NCBI GenBank assembly: GCA_011524855.1
Contig: WTJK01000017.1
Location: 13,054-77,053, forward strand
DNA: 64,000 bases
Source: Methanobacteriota archaeon
Lineage (GTDB): Archaea; Thermoplasmatota; Poseidoniia; Poseidoniales; Poseidoniaceae
Direction of reading: 5' to 3'
This document shows positions 34,761 to 43,831 of this stretch, one piece after another. Positions within the stretch are counted from its first letter, which is position 1. Every line of letters starts with the position of its first letter. The position numbers and the translations under genes are program-made. Below the pieces are notes generated by a model. That model was not told where the DNA came from. It saw only the letters and a list, made by a program, of their open reading frames with translations, and ran no database searches.

Positions 34761-36377
34761 GTGTTCATACACGGCCATGCGTTCAGTCGGAACATGGTCA
34801 AAGAACGGAAAGACCGGTGGGCGACCCTTAGCGGTATCGATCTCCCTTCTTCGGATGCACCAGAAGATGCTGATTGGCCTCGTTCACCAGCAGGGACCCC
34901 ACCGTACACGCGAGGGGTTCATCCAAACATGTACCGAAGCCGGTACTGGACCATGCGTCAATACGCTGGGTTTTCCAGTGCTCGGGAGACCAACGAACGG
35001 TTCAAACTCCTGCTTGAACGGGGTCAGATGGGGCTTTCCGTCGCCTTTGATTTGCCCACACAACTCGGCATGGACGCCGACGACGAACTCTCGTACGGCG
35101 AGGTCGGAAAAGTCGGCGTTTCCATTTGCAGTGTTGAAGACATGAAGGTGCTCTTTGACGGCATTCCACTCGACAAAGTCAGCACGTCCATGACCATCAA
35201 CGCACCTGCCATGGTGCTTTTGGCCATGTACATCGTTGCTGCCGAAGAGCAAGGGGCGTCGCCATCGAGCCTGCGAGGCACCATTCAAAACGATATTCTG
35301 AAGGAATACATCGCCCGCGGGACGTACGTGTTCCCGCCCGGCCCTTCCATGCGATTGATCACCGACATTTTCGCCCACTGCGCCAAGGAAGTCCCCCAGT
35401 GGAACACCATTTCCATTTCCGGATACCACATACGCGAGGCAGGCTCGACGGCGGTTCAAGAGTTGGGGTTCACCTTGGCCAACGCGTTGGCGTATGTCGA
35501 TGCTGCCATTCAATCGGGTCTGGAGATTGATGAATTCGCCCCGCGTCTGTCGTTTTTCTTTAACTGCCACAACGATTTTTTCGAAGAGATCTCAAAATTC
35601 AGAGCAGCACGCACCCTGTGGCACGACCTGTTGGTGGAGCGTTATCAACCGTCCAGCGAAAAAGCGCTCAAGCTCAGATTTCACACCCAGGTGGCTGGCG
35701 TCAGTTTGACAGCACAACAACCGTTGAACAATGTCTCTCGCGTCACGATCCAAGCCCTTGCTGCTGTGTTGGGGGGGACACAAAGCCTTCACACCAATGC
35801 ATACGACGAGGCCCTCGGTCTCCCAACGGAAGCATCGGCAACGGTGGCATTGCGAACCCAACAAATCATTGCCGAAGAATCGGGAGCCGCCGATGTTGTG
35901 GATCCCTTAGGTGGATCATGGTTCGTTGAGCGCCTGACCGATGAAATGTATGCGCAAGCTCGAGCATTGATTGAGGAAGTTGAACACAGAGGTGGGGCCT
36001 TGACCGCCATCGAGCAGGGTTGGCCTCAACAGCAAATTCATGCCTCTGCATACCGCTACCTCAACGAAATCGAGCAAAACGAACGGCGCATCGTGGGAGT
36101 CAACCACGGCGTGATGGATGAACCGCAGTCCATACCGGTGATGAAGTTGGACCCATCGTTGGGTGACCGGCAGACCGAGCGTTTGGTCGCGCTGCGCGCT
36201 TCTCGGGACGCTGATCGCGTAAAGCGGGCGTTGGATGCGGTACGGGATGCGGCTGGTTCGGACACAAACTTGTTCCCGCCCGTTCTTGAAGCGGTTCGGG
36301 CAAGGGCCACCCTCGGGGAGATCATCAACGTCATGAAAAATGAATTCGGCACCTACATGGCGCCCAGTGGATTTTGA
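34761..36377 (+). CDS. Methylmalonyl-CoA mutase large subunit (catalytic N-terminal domain, no B12-binding domain).
   Basis: 'RSRYWTMRQYAGFSSARETNERFKLLLERGQMGLSVAFDLPTQLGMD' matches the MCM alpha signature. GTG at 34761 or ATG at 34794 are both possible starts. Confidence 0.85.
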   Translation: MFIHGHAFSRNMVKERKDRWATLSGIDLPSSDAPEDADWPRSPAGTPPYTRGVHPNMYRSRYWTMRQYAGFSSARETNERFKLLLERGQMGLSVAFDLPTQLGMDADDELSYGEVGKVGVSICSVEDMKVLFDGIPLDKVSTSMTINAPAMVLLAMYIVAAEEQGASPSSLRGTIQNDILKEYIARGTYVFPPGPSMRLITDIFAHCAKEVPQWNTISISGYHIREAGSTAVQELGFTLANALAYVDAAIQSGLEIDEFAPRLSFFFNCHNDFFEEISKFRAARTLWHDLLVERYQPSSEKALKLRFHTQVAGVSLTAQQPLNNVSRVTIQALAAVLGGTQSLHTNAYDEALGLPTEASATVALRTQQIIAEESGAADVVDPLGGSWFVERLTDEMYAQARALIEEVEHRGGALTAIEQGWPQQQIHASAYRYLNEIEQNERRIVGVNHGVMDEPQSIPVMKLDPSLGDRQTERLVALRASRDADRVKRALDAVRDAAGSDTNLFPPVLEAVRARATLGEIINVMKNEFGTYMAPSGF

Positions 36378-36386
36378 GGTGAGAGG

Positions 36387-36812
36387 ATGACGTTTGGACC
36401 CATTTACATCGACCACATTGGCATTGCATGCACCAATCTCGATGATGCAAGCTCGTTTTGGAACCTCATCGGCCTCGCACAAGGTGCACACGATGAAACC
36501 GTCCAGGATCAAGGTGTCACCACCCGATTTTTCTCGACTTCACGTCCATTCACCGGACGTCCCTCCAAGGTGGAATTGTTGGAGCCCACGGGCCCTGACA
36601 CCCCGATCGGTCGATTTCTTGAGAAACGGGGTCCGGGTGTTCAACAGGTATGTTTCCGTGTCGGGGACCTTGTCGGGCTGCTTCAACATCTCAAGGCCAA
36701 CGGCGTACGTCTGATTGATGAGGTCCCACGCACAGGTGCTGGTGGCATGCAAATTGCCTTTGTTCACCCTTCATCGACCGGTGGCGTCCTGGTTGAGTTG
36801 GCTCAAGGTTGA
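36387..36812 (+). CDS. Methylmalonyl-CoA epimerase (VOC/glyoxalase family).
   Basis: 'IDHIGIACTNLDDA' and 'GPGVQQVCFRVGDL'. Positioned directly downstream of the MCM large subunit. Confidence 0.7.
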   Translation: MTFGPIYIDHIGIACTNLDDASSFWNLIGLAQGAHDETVQDQGVTTRFFSTSRPFTGRPSKVELLEPTGPDTPIGRFLEKRGPGVQQVCFRVGDLVGLLQHLKANGVRLIDEVPRTGAGGMQIAFVHPSSTGGVLVELAQG

Positions 36813-36851
36813 ATCGCAACCTACATAGGCGTTCAACCAAATTTCTCCCTG

Positions 36852-37157
36852 ATGAGGACCTGTGTCGATGAATTGCTTGCTTTGCCACACCTCAACGGTC
36901 CTCGATTGAAGCAAGAGGTGGATTTTCTCGCCAACCGTTTGGAAGAACTTCGTTTAAACCGTCGAATCAGCAACGATGCATACCTTGACGCTGGTGCAGT
37001 TCAAGGGGCCATTGCCTTGGCAGCCAACATGGCTGACATGGGCGTTTCCCAACATGAAGTGCAGCAAACCCTTCGTTCAACCTTGTCGCGAGCAAAGCGC
37101 CTTGAAACCAAGCACCCTGGGCTCAACTGGGCGGTTGAATCCGGCCGTGCGAGTTGA
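36852..37157 (+). CDS. Hypothetical protein.
   Basis: ORF in the gap between the epimerase and the ABC ATPase. No recognised motif. Confidence 0.3.
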   Translation: MRTCVDELLALPHLNGPRLKQEVDFLANRLEELRLNRRISNDAYLDAGAVQGAIALAANMADMGVSQHEVQQTLRSTLSRAKRLETKHPGLNWAVESGRAS

Positions 37158-37161
37158 ACCC

Positions 37162-37992
37162 ATGACCCAACCCATGCTGGTGGCAGAACGCGTTTCCAAA
37201 GCGTTTGGTGATGTGCGAGCTCTCGAGGATGTTTCACTCACCATTGGCGAGGGTGAGATCGTTGGCTTGGTGGGCTCCAATGGAGCAGGCAAAACCACCT
37301 TGCTGCGATTGCTTGCAGGCGTGTATCGCCCCACGGCGGGTTCCTTGTCCTTGGGTGACGGAACCGACGTGGCAGAGGGGCGTCGTCAACTCGGTGTTGT
37401 ACCCGAGGCAACAGGGTTGTACAGTCGATTAACGGCCTGGGAGAACATCCGTTACCACTCGCGCCTGCATGGCGTCCCTGACGACGTCGCATGGACGCGC
37501 ACCCAGCATTACGCACGTCTGCTTGACATGCTGCCTTACTTGGGACGTCATACCAAAGGGTTCTCCCGTGGCATGCGTCAAAAAACCGCCTTGCTGCGCG
37601 CACTGGCGCACCATCCGAGCATGTTGTTGCTGGATGAGCCAACCGCGGGCTTGGATGTAACGAGCGCTCGAACCGTGAAGCAATTGGTCCGCTCGCTTGG
37701 CGATGAAGGAAAGACCGTCATCTATTCCACCCACCAGCTTGCGGAGGCAGAACAAGTGTGCACCCGAATCATCATCATCCACAACGGTGAGGTCCGAGCA
37801 GACGGCACGCCAGAAGAATTGCTCGCTTTGACACAGACAGCCAGTCTCGAAGAGGCTTACGTGGCTCTGTCCAGCGATCGCGCTCGGAGTGTGGATGAAG
37901 CCGAGAAGCCCTTGTCGGCTTGGAGTCGACGCTGGCGGGGCTTGTTTACACCCCGCACGCCCACTTCAACGGAGGTGAGCGAGGATGAGTGA
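37162..37992 (+). CDS. ABC transporter ATP-binding protein.
   Basis: Walker A 'GSNGAGKTTLL', signature 'FSRGMRQKTALLRAL' and Walker B 'LLLDEPTAGLD'. Start is trimmed to the internal ATG (MTQPMLVAER). Confidence 0.8.
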   Translation: MTQPMLVAERVSKAFGDVRALEDVSLTIGEGEIVGLVGSNGAGKTTLLRLLAGVYRPTAGSLSLGDGTDVAEGRRQLGVVPEATGLYSRLTAWENIRYHSRLHGVPDDVAWTRTQHYARLLDMLPYLGRHTKGFSRGMRQKTALLRALAHHPSMLLLDEPTAGLDVTSARTVKQLVRSLGDEGKTVIYSTHQLAEAEQVCTRIIIIHNGEVRADGTPEELLALTQTASLEEAYVALSSDRARSVDEAEKPLSAWSRRWRGLFTPRTPTSTEVSEDE

Positions 37993-39202
37993 ACGTCGGC
38001 GCAGGGTGACGACCATCGCCAAGAAAGAATTGGTTGAATTCGTTCGGGATTGGCGAACCATTGTCGCCATTCTTGTGATTCCTGTCCTCATGTTCCCTGT
38101 TTTGTTCATCCTGTTCCCGTTGTTGCTTCAGGCAGAAGCAGAGGAGCTCGATTCGTTGGTTGTGCGCGTCGAATTGCAAGCGAACGATCCACCCAGCATG
38201 TTGTTGCATGCCCTCGAACAACCCGGAATTGACTTGGTCGTTGTTGAGTTACCTGCTCTGGAGAACCTGACCGATGCGACCAGCGATGTTGAGCGATTGC
38301 GAGCGGGTCAACTGGATGCGTTGCTTCGGGTCCGTGCCAACAACAGCACATGGGAGTACGCAACCTTGCACCTTTCCACCTCAGAGCAAAGCAACGAAGC
38401 CAGAGCAAGGGTGCTTTCCGCGGTCGCAGATTGGGAGCGAAACGAAACGACCACCCGGATAGAATCAGCGGGCTTGAACGCGAACAACACGCTCAATCCT
38501 GTTGTCTGGAACGGTTCCATCGCCGATGCCGATGCAGCAAGCAAAGGCGAACAAGCCGGATTGGCGTTGTCCTTGTTCATTCCTTTGGTGCTCGCAGTGT
38601 GGACCTTCTCATCCGCCATTCAACCTTCCATTGACATGACAGCGGGCGAACGGGAGCGTGGCACACTTGAAGCGTTGTTGGGGTTGCCTTGCACGCGCAT
38701 GGAATTGCTGCTGGGCAAGTGGTTGGCCGTGGCGACCATCACGGCCGCAGGCGTCTTGCTTCAAATCGCTGGCCTGATTTTCGCCATCGGCTACCTGGCT
38801 ACATCCGATATCATTGCCGTCCCGTCGTTGTCCATGGCCGTTGTTCTGTTGTTGTGCGTCGCTGTGCTGCTGTTCGCCATCACGGTGGTCGCGATTGAAT
38901 TGGCCTTGGCCATGCGCTCACACAGCGTCAAAGAAGCAGGCTCAGTGCTCGGTCCAGCTGTATTGCTCATTCTCTTCCCAGCGCTGTTCACCCAGGTCAT
39001 CAACCTCGACAACATCGAGATGTTTTGGTTTGCCATCCCTGTGGTGAACGTTTTGCTGGCCCTTCGCGAATTGTTGCTCAATCGGGTGGTGCTGAGCCAC
39101 GTCGCCGTGTGGTTCCTCAGTTCGGCGTTGTATGCCACGCTGGCTGCTGTGTATGCTGCACGCCAATTCAAGCGTGAGGACATCGTCACGACGTTGTCTT
39201 GA
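37985..39202 (+). CDS. ABC-2 type transporter permease.
   Basis: N-terminal TM, a large extracytoplasmic loop, then five C-terminal TM helices. Start overlaps the ATPase stop. Confidence 0.65.
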   Translation: MSERRRRVTTIAKKELVEFVRDWRTIVAILVIPVLMFPVLFILFPLLLQAEAEELDSLVVRVELQANDPPSMLLHALEQPGIDLVVVELPALENLTDATSDVERLRAGQLDALLRVRANNSTWEYATLHLSTSEQSNEARARVLSAVADWERNETTTRIESAGLNANNTLNPVVWNGSIADADAASKGEQAGLALSLFIPLVLAVWTFSSAIQPSIDMTAGERERGTLEALLGLPCTRMELLLGKWLAVATITAAGVLLQIAGLIFAIGYLATSDIIAVPSLSMAVVLLLCVAVLLFAITVVAIELALAMRSHSVKEAGSVLGPAVLLILFPALFTQVINLDNIEMFWFAIPVVNVLLALRELLLNRVVLSHVAVWFLSSALYATLAAVYAARQFKREDIVTTLS

Positions 39203-40721
39203 CCATGAACGCTTCGATCGCTTCTTTGACGATGCTGATCAGCAGGTCAATTTCATCAGACGTGATGTTGAAGTGAGGTGTGAATCGCAGTGCGTTTACA
39301 CCACCGTGGATGACGCCTAATCCTCGTCGACGGCACCACGGCTCAACGGCGTCCATGCCCACCACGGGGAAGCGGGTGGGTTCCAACTCGGCGCTGCACA
39401 ACAGCCCGGTGCCCTGCACTTTGGTGATCACCTCAGGGTATTCCGCCTGGAGGCCTTTCAATTTCTCAACGAACTCATCACCACGGGCCTTGATGTTGTG
39501 GCGCAACTCGGGCGTCATTCGGTCCAAGACGGCCACGGCCGTTTCCAATGCTCGAGGGTTGGTGGTCATCGTGTTCCCGTAGATACCTGTTACGTACAGC
39601 GATGCAGCACGCTCGTTCATCCCCAGGACGGAAAGTGGGTATTGGCCGGCATTGAGCGCTTTGGACCATGTTTCCAGATCGGGCACCTCACAGTCTGCAA
39701 AACCGTCGTAATCAATCACGGAAAGCGTGCCTTGCCCACGAATGCCTGCTTGGATGGAATCGACCAACAGCATTGAACCGTGTTCAAGGGTGATGGCGCG
39801 TGCTGCATCGTAAAATTCCCTCGTGACGCACTGTCCGGGATTGCCTTCTCCCTGAACGGGCTCGATGGCCAACAGTTCGATGAACACGTTGTCTTGATCG
39901 GCTTGTTTGTAGGCTGCGTGAAGGGCTGCGACGTCGTTGGCAGGAATCAGGATCAAGTTGTCGCGAGATTGGAAGCTTGCGAGATGTTGATCGTATTTGC
40001 TCTTGCAGGAATGCGACATTTGTGCGGGACGATCAGTTCGACCGTGGAAGCCTTGCTCAATGGCCATGATTTTGATGGATTTCCCTTCATGGCGGCCACC
40101 CGGCCCGGTCATGCGCTGTGCGTTGACATCAGCAATGCGCATGCTCACCGTCACGGATTCTGAGCCGCTGTTCATGCAAATGAATTGAGTGAAGGGACAA
40201 TGCCCACGCGTGTGGCCCAATTCGTTGCGCAAGCGCTCTTCCAACCGCTTTTGAGAAAACGATGGCGTCATCACGTTGGCCATCACCCAATTGTCCGACA
40301 TGGCGTTGATGATTTCGTGCGGCCCGTGGCCTGCGCCCAACATCCCGTAACCACCGTTGTCATGCACGACAGCACCATGGGAAGTCACCACCCAGGGGCC
40401 ACGTGCTGCGATGGCGACGTAGGGGTTGACGGTCGCAGGGTTGTAAAAATTCACATAGCCAGATTGCAACTCTGTGATAAGGTCCATTTCAGCATGCATC
40501 AACGTCTCGCCGTACTCGTGTTGGAGGCGATCGAACACATCGCTGGCCTCTCCGATGGCTTGCTCGAGCAGGGGGTCCAACGACAAAAACCGCTGAATTT
40601 CTTCATCGTTCAATCCGGGAGTTGTGGCAGGACCGGTGTTCTCTCGAATCCTGTGCAGTTGCCCGATGGACGGTGACAGCGTCATCATGGTGGACCGTCC
40701 GACGAGGCCTTCTTTGAACAT
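39186..40721 (-). CDS. Class-III (PLP-dependent) aminotransferase.
   Basis: 'DSIQAGIRGQGTL', 'YGNTMTTNP' and the Lys region 'FSQKRL'. Start is trimmed to an internal ATG so it does not overlap the divergent RHH gene. The ORF-track start is 40844. Confidence 0.7.
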   Translation of the reverse strand: MFKEGLVGRSTMMTLSPSIGQLHRIRENTGPATTPGLNDEEIQRFLSLDPLLEQAIGEASDVFDRLQHEYGETLMHAEMDLITELQSGYVNFYNPATVNPYVAIAARGPWVVTSHGAVVHDNGGYGMLGAGHGPHEIINAMSDNWVMANVMTPSFSQKRLEERLRNELGHTRGHCPFTQFICMNSGSESVTVSMRIADVNAQRMTGPGGRHEGKSIKIMAIEQGFHGRTDRPAQMSHSCKSKYDQHLASFQSRDNLILIPANDVAALHAAYKQADQDNVFIELLAIEPVQGEGNPGQCVTREFYDAARAITLEHGSMLLVDSIQAGIRGQGTLSVIDYDGFADCEVPDLETWSKALNAGQYPLSVLGMNERAASLYVTGIYGNTMTTNPRALETAVAVLDRMTPELRHNIKARGDEFVEKLKGLQAEYPEVITKVQGTGLLCSAELEPTRFPVVGMDAVEPWCRRRGLGVIHGGVNALRFTPHFNITSDEIDLLISIVKEAIEAFMVKTTS

Positions 40722-40786
40722 TGGGACGAAAAAGCACGCCTGCGGCCAGATTCCATGAATGGTGTATGCCTTGGATATTCGCACAG

Positions 40787-40795
40787 TATTATGTA
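40787..40795 (+). promoter_or_regulatory. Candidate archaeal TATA box for the RHH-folE-queE-queC-queD operon.
   Basis: 'TATTATGTA' is centred about 26 nt upstream of the RHH ATG (40817), which is leaderless-promoter geometry. Confidence 0.35.
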
Positions 40796-40816
40796 GGTGG
40801 TCCATGTGCATCAACC

Positions 40817-40990
40817 ATGCCAAAAGTATCGTTGGACATGCCAACCGAACTCATGGAGGACTTGCGTATGCACGTTGGTGACGACAAAAAATTCGTGAGT
40901 TTTGCCGACGCTGTGCGTACGGCATGTCGGAAAATGTTGGATCATCTCGACGAAGTGGATCGACGCCATGGGCGAGGTGAACTCTCATGA
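40817..40990 (+). CDS. Ribbon-helix-helix (CopG-like) small protein.
   Basis: 57 aa. 'MPKVSLDMPTELMEDLRMHV...FVSFADAVRTACRKMLD' has an RHH-like beta-alpha-alpha pattern. Its stop overlaps the folE ATG (ATGA). Confidence 0.45.
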   Translation: MPKVSLDMPTELMEDLRMHVGDDKKFVSFADAVRTACRKMLDHLDEVDRRHGRGELS

Positions 40991-41562
40991 CGACCAAAGA
41001 CGAGGCCATGACCGCCGTTCGAACACTTCTTGCCTACCTTGAGGGAGAAGGCAATGCAAACAGAGAGGGTTTGGAAGCCACACCTCAACGGGTGATTGAT
41101 TCCTGGGGTGAAGTGTTCTCAGGGTACGGGCAGTCTGCTGCTGAGCTGCTCAACGCCACCTTCAACGGTGAAGGTTACGATGGGATCGTGTTGTTGCGAA
41201 ACATTGAGTTCCATTCCACCTGTGAACACCACCTTCAACCGTTCCGTGGTCGTGCTCATGTGGCATACATTCCCGTTGAACGCATCGTTGGCATCAGCAA
41301 GCTTGCTCGACTCGTTGACCTGCACGCCCGCCGCTTGCAGAACCAAGAGCGTATCACCAAATCAGTCGCGGACGACCTTGAAACGCACTTGCACCCGTTG
41401 GGTGCTGCTGTGATTTTGGAAGCCTCTCATGGATGCATGCAATGTCGCGGGGTGGCCAAACAGGAAGCGATCATGACAACGTCCGCCATGCGTGGTGTGT
41501 TTTTCGATAAAAGTGAGGCCCGGTCTGAACTGATGCAATTGATTCAACAACCGGTTCTCTGA
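40987..41562 (+). CDS. folE: GTP cyclohydrolase I (FolE).
   Basis: 'FHSTCEHHLQPF' and 'ISKLARLVDLHARRLQNQERIT' match FolE active-site motifs. Confidence 0.85.
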   Translation: MTTKDEAMTAVRTLLAYLEGEGNANREGLEATPQRVIDSWGEVFSGYGQSAAELLNATFNGEGYDGIVLLRNIEFHSTCEHHLQPFRGRAHVAYIPVERIVGISKLARLVDLHARRLQNQERITKSVADDLETHLHPLGAAVILEASHGCMQCRGVAKQEAIMTTSAMRGVFFDKSEARSELMQLIQQPVL

Positions 41563-41563
41563 G

Positions 41564-42226
41564 GTGAAGGGTATGGAGGCGTGTTCCAGAGGTGGTGGCC
41601 CGTTGGGCGATGACCCCGCCGACCTTGCGGCAGAATACAACATCGTGGAAATATTCCACAGCGTGCAAGGGGAAGGCTACCATGCTGGGATTCCGCACGT
41701 GTTCATTCGCTTTGGCCGATGCAACCTTCGGTGCGAATGGTGCGACACCGATTTTGACACCTTTGATGTGATGTCTGCCTTGGATGTGCTCGGTGAGGTG
41801 TTGAAGTTCCCTTGCCGACGGGTGATCTTCACCGGAGGTGAGCCGATGCTGAACGACCTCTGGCCACTGCAGCGCTTGCTGAAAGCACGGGGATACAACC
41901 TCGCCGTGGAGACCAACGGCACGGTGGAAATTCCTGAGGGCCTGATGGATTGGGTGTGTGTGTCTCCAAAAGACCAGGTCTACCCCAATGTGACCATCCG
42001 CCAGCGGACGGGCGATGAACTCAAATGCGTGTATGTTGGTCAATCGCTTTCAATGTACGACGAATTGGTCGATGGTTTCAGCCATCGGTTTCTTCAACCG
42101 TTGTACGACGAATCGGCTACGGTTGAAGCGAACGGCGTGAGTTTTGCCTTAACAGAAGCCGTGGTGAAAAACAACCCCCCATGGCGGTTGTCGTTGCAGA
42201 CCCACAAATGGATGGGGGTGGACTGA
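41564..42226 (+). CDS. queE: 7-carboxy-7-deazaguanine synthase QueE (radical SAM).
   Basis: 'QGEGYHAGIPHVFIRFGRCNLRCEWCDT' is the QueE-type cluster motif. Confidence 0.8.
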   Translation: MKGMEACSRGGGPLGDDPADLAAEYNIVEIFHSVQGEGYHAGIPHVFIRFGRCNLRCEWCDTDFDTFDVMSALDVLGEVLKFPCRRVIFTGGEPMLNDLWPLQRLLKARGYNLAVETNGTVEIPEGLMDWVCVSPKDQVYPNVTIRQRTGDELKCVYVGQSLSMYDELVDGFSHRFLQPLYDESATVEANGVSFALTEAVVKNNPPWRLSLQTHKWMGVD

Positions 42227-42227
42227 G

Positions 42228-43385
42228 GTGAACCAAGCTGTCATGGCGCTCAGCGGTGGCATGGATTCCACCGCTTTGTTGCTGCATCTGCTTGCGAGCG
42301 ACCACCACGTCACGTGCCTCTCCTTCGATTACGGGCAACAACATCGGTTGGAACTCGATAAAGCCGAGGAACTCATTCTCCTCCTCCGTGAGAACGGCCA
42401 CGCCGTCACACACAGAACTGTGGACCTCTCATCGGCCATGGGCTTGTTCTCAAGCCATCTGTTGGCCACCGGAGATGACGTTCCGGAGGGGCACTACGAA
42501 GAAGAGGCCATGAAGGCGACGGTGGTGCCAAATCGGAACGCTATCTTTGCATCCCTGTTGTACGGCACGGCCCTGTCGATTGCCAATGAGACCGATGTCG
42601 ATGTCGCCGTGGCGCTTGGGGTGCATTCTGGCGATCACGCTATTTATCCAGATTGCCGACCGGAATTCTACGACGCACTGGGTGAAGCCTTCCGCATCGG
42701 AAACTGGGGCGCGGAACGCATCACGTTCGCACTCCCTTACCTTGAGATGGACAAAGCTGGCATCTTGTTTGATGCCGAGAGGACGACCGAAGCATTGGGC
42801 CTTGACTTTGACGACGTGTTCGCGAGGACGTTAACCACCTATGCCCCAACCAAAGACGGGAAAAGCCACGGAAGAACAGGCTCAGACATTGAGCGTATCC
42901 TCGCTTTCCATGCCGTCGGTCGGGAGGACCCGTTCTCCTACGTTGGAGGTTGGAAGGCAGTTCTCGAGCACGCACTGGAAGAGGATCGCCGTCATCGTGC
43001 AAAGGCACTGGCCGAGCGGCTTACTCCACTCCAGTGGCATGTGACGCAAGAAGCAGGAACGGAACGTGCGTTCACGGGAGAATTTTGGGACACCTCTTTG
43101 GAAGGATCCTACGCCTGTGTTTGCTGCGGCAAGCTGTTGTTTGACCACACACAAAAGTTCAGTTCAGGGTGCGGTTGGCCATCGTTTCACACCGAGCTCG
43201 ACCGCGCCCGTATTCACCGTTTGGTTGACCGAACGCACGGCATGGTTCGAACAGAGGTGCGCTGTTCGACGTGTGACGCCCACTTGGGTCACGTCTTCGA
43301 TGATGGCCCACGCCAACACGGCGGTGAACGTTATTGCATCAATTCAGCGTCATTGACATTCATTTCCAAGGAGGAACAAGCATGA
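42228..43385 (+). CDS. queC: 7-cyano-7-deazaguanine synthase QueC domain (Zn-site cysteines absent) fused to methionine-R-sulfoxide reductase MsrB.
   Basis: N-terminus 'AVMALSGGMDSTALLL...FDYGQQHRLEL' is the QueC PP-loop. C-terminus 'GTERAFTGEF...CVCCGKLLF...WPSFH...CSTCDAHLGHVF...RYCINSASL' is MsrB. The QueC C-terminal region reads 'TTYAPTKDGKSHGRTGSD' where the Cys ligands normally sit. Confidence 0.75.
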   Translation: MNQAVMALSGGMDSTALLLHLLASDHHVTCLSFDYGQQHRLELDKAEELILLLRENGHAVTHRTVDLSSAMGLFSSHLLATGDDVPEGHYEEEAMKATVVPNRNAIFASLLYGTALSIANETDVDVAVALGVHSGDHAIYPDCRPEFYDALGEAFRIGNWGAERITFALPYLEMDKAGILFDAERTTEALGLDFDDVFARTLTTYAPTKDGKSHGRTGSDIERILAFHAVGREDPFSYVGGWKAVLEHALEEDRRHRAKALAERLTPLQWHVTQEAGTERAFTGEFWDTSLEGSYACVCCGKLLFDHTQKFSSGCGWPSFHTELDRARIHRLVDRTHGMVRTEVRCSTCDAHLGHVFDDGPRQHGGERYCINSASLTFISKEEQA

Positions 43386-43831
43386 CCACCACCATTCGCC
43401 GTTTTGTTGAGACCGATACAGGCCATCGCGTCCCCAATCACAAGTCAAAATGCCGCCACATGCACGGCCATCGCTATCGGTTCGAAGCTGAGATTTCAGG
43501 TGACGTTGTGGCGGAAACTGGGGTCTCAGAAGAAGGCATGCTCATGGATTTTTCAGACGTGAGTTCCATTTTGATGGAACATGTTCACGACGTGGTCGAC
43601 CATGCCTTTGTTGTGTATTCGGGAGATACGGATGCTCGCTCCGCGCTTGAGCTCATGGGGACTGAACATCGAACCGTTGTGGTCGACTTTATCCCCACAG
43701 CAGAAAACCTTGCCAAGTGGGCGTTTGAGCAGGTCGCACCCCATGTGCAATCGGTGTACGGTAACCGGTTGCGTCTCGTTGCCATGCATTGCCGAGAAAC
43801 CCCCAAATCCGTGGCCACTTGGCGGCCTTGA
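43382..43831 (+). CDS. queD: 6-carboxy-5,6,7,8-tetrahydropterin synthase QueD.
   Basis: 'ETDTGHRVPNHKSKCRHMHGHRYRFE' is the QueD/PTPS Cys-His motif. The ATG overlaps the queC-msrB stop. Confidence 0.8.
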   Translation: MTTTIRRFVETDTGHRVPNHKSKCRHMHGHRYRFEAEISGDVVAETGVSEEGMLMDFSDVSSILMEHVHDVVDHAFVVYSGDTDARSALELMGTEHRTVVVDFIPTAENLAKWAFEQVAPHVQSVYGNRLRLVAMHCRETPKSVATWRP

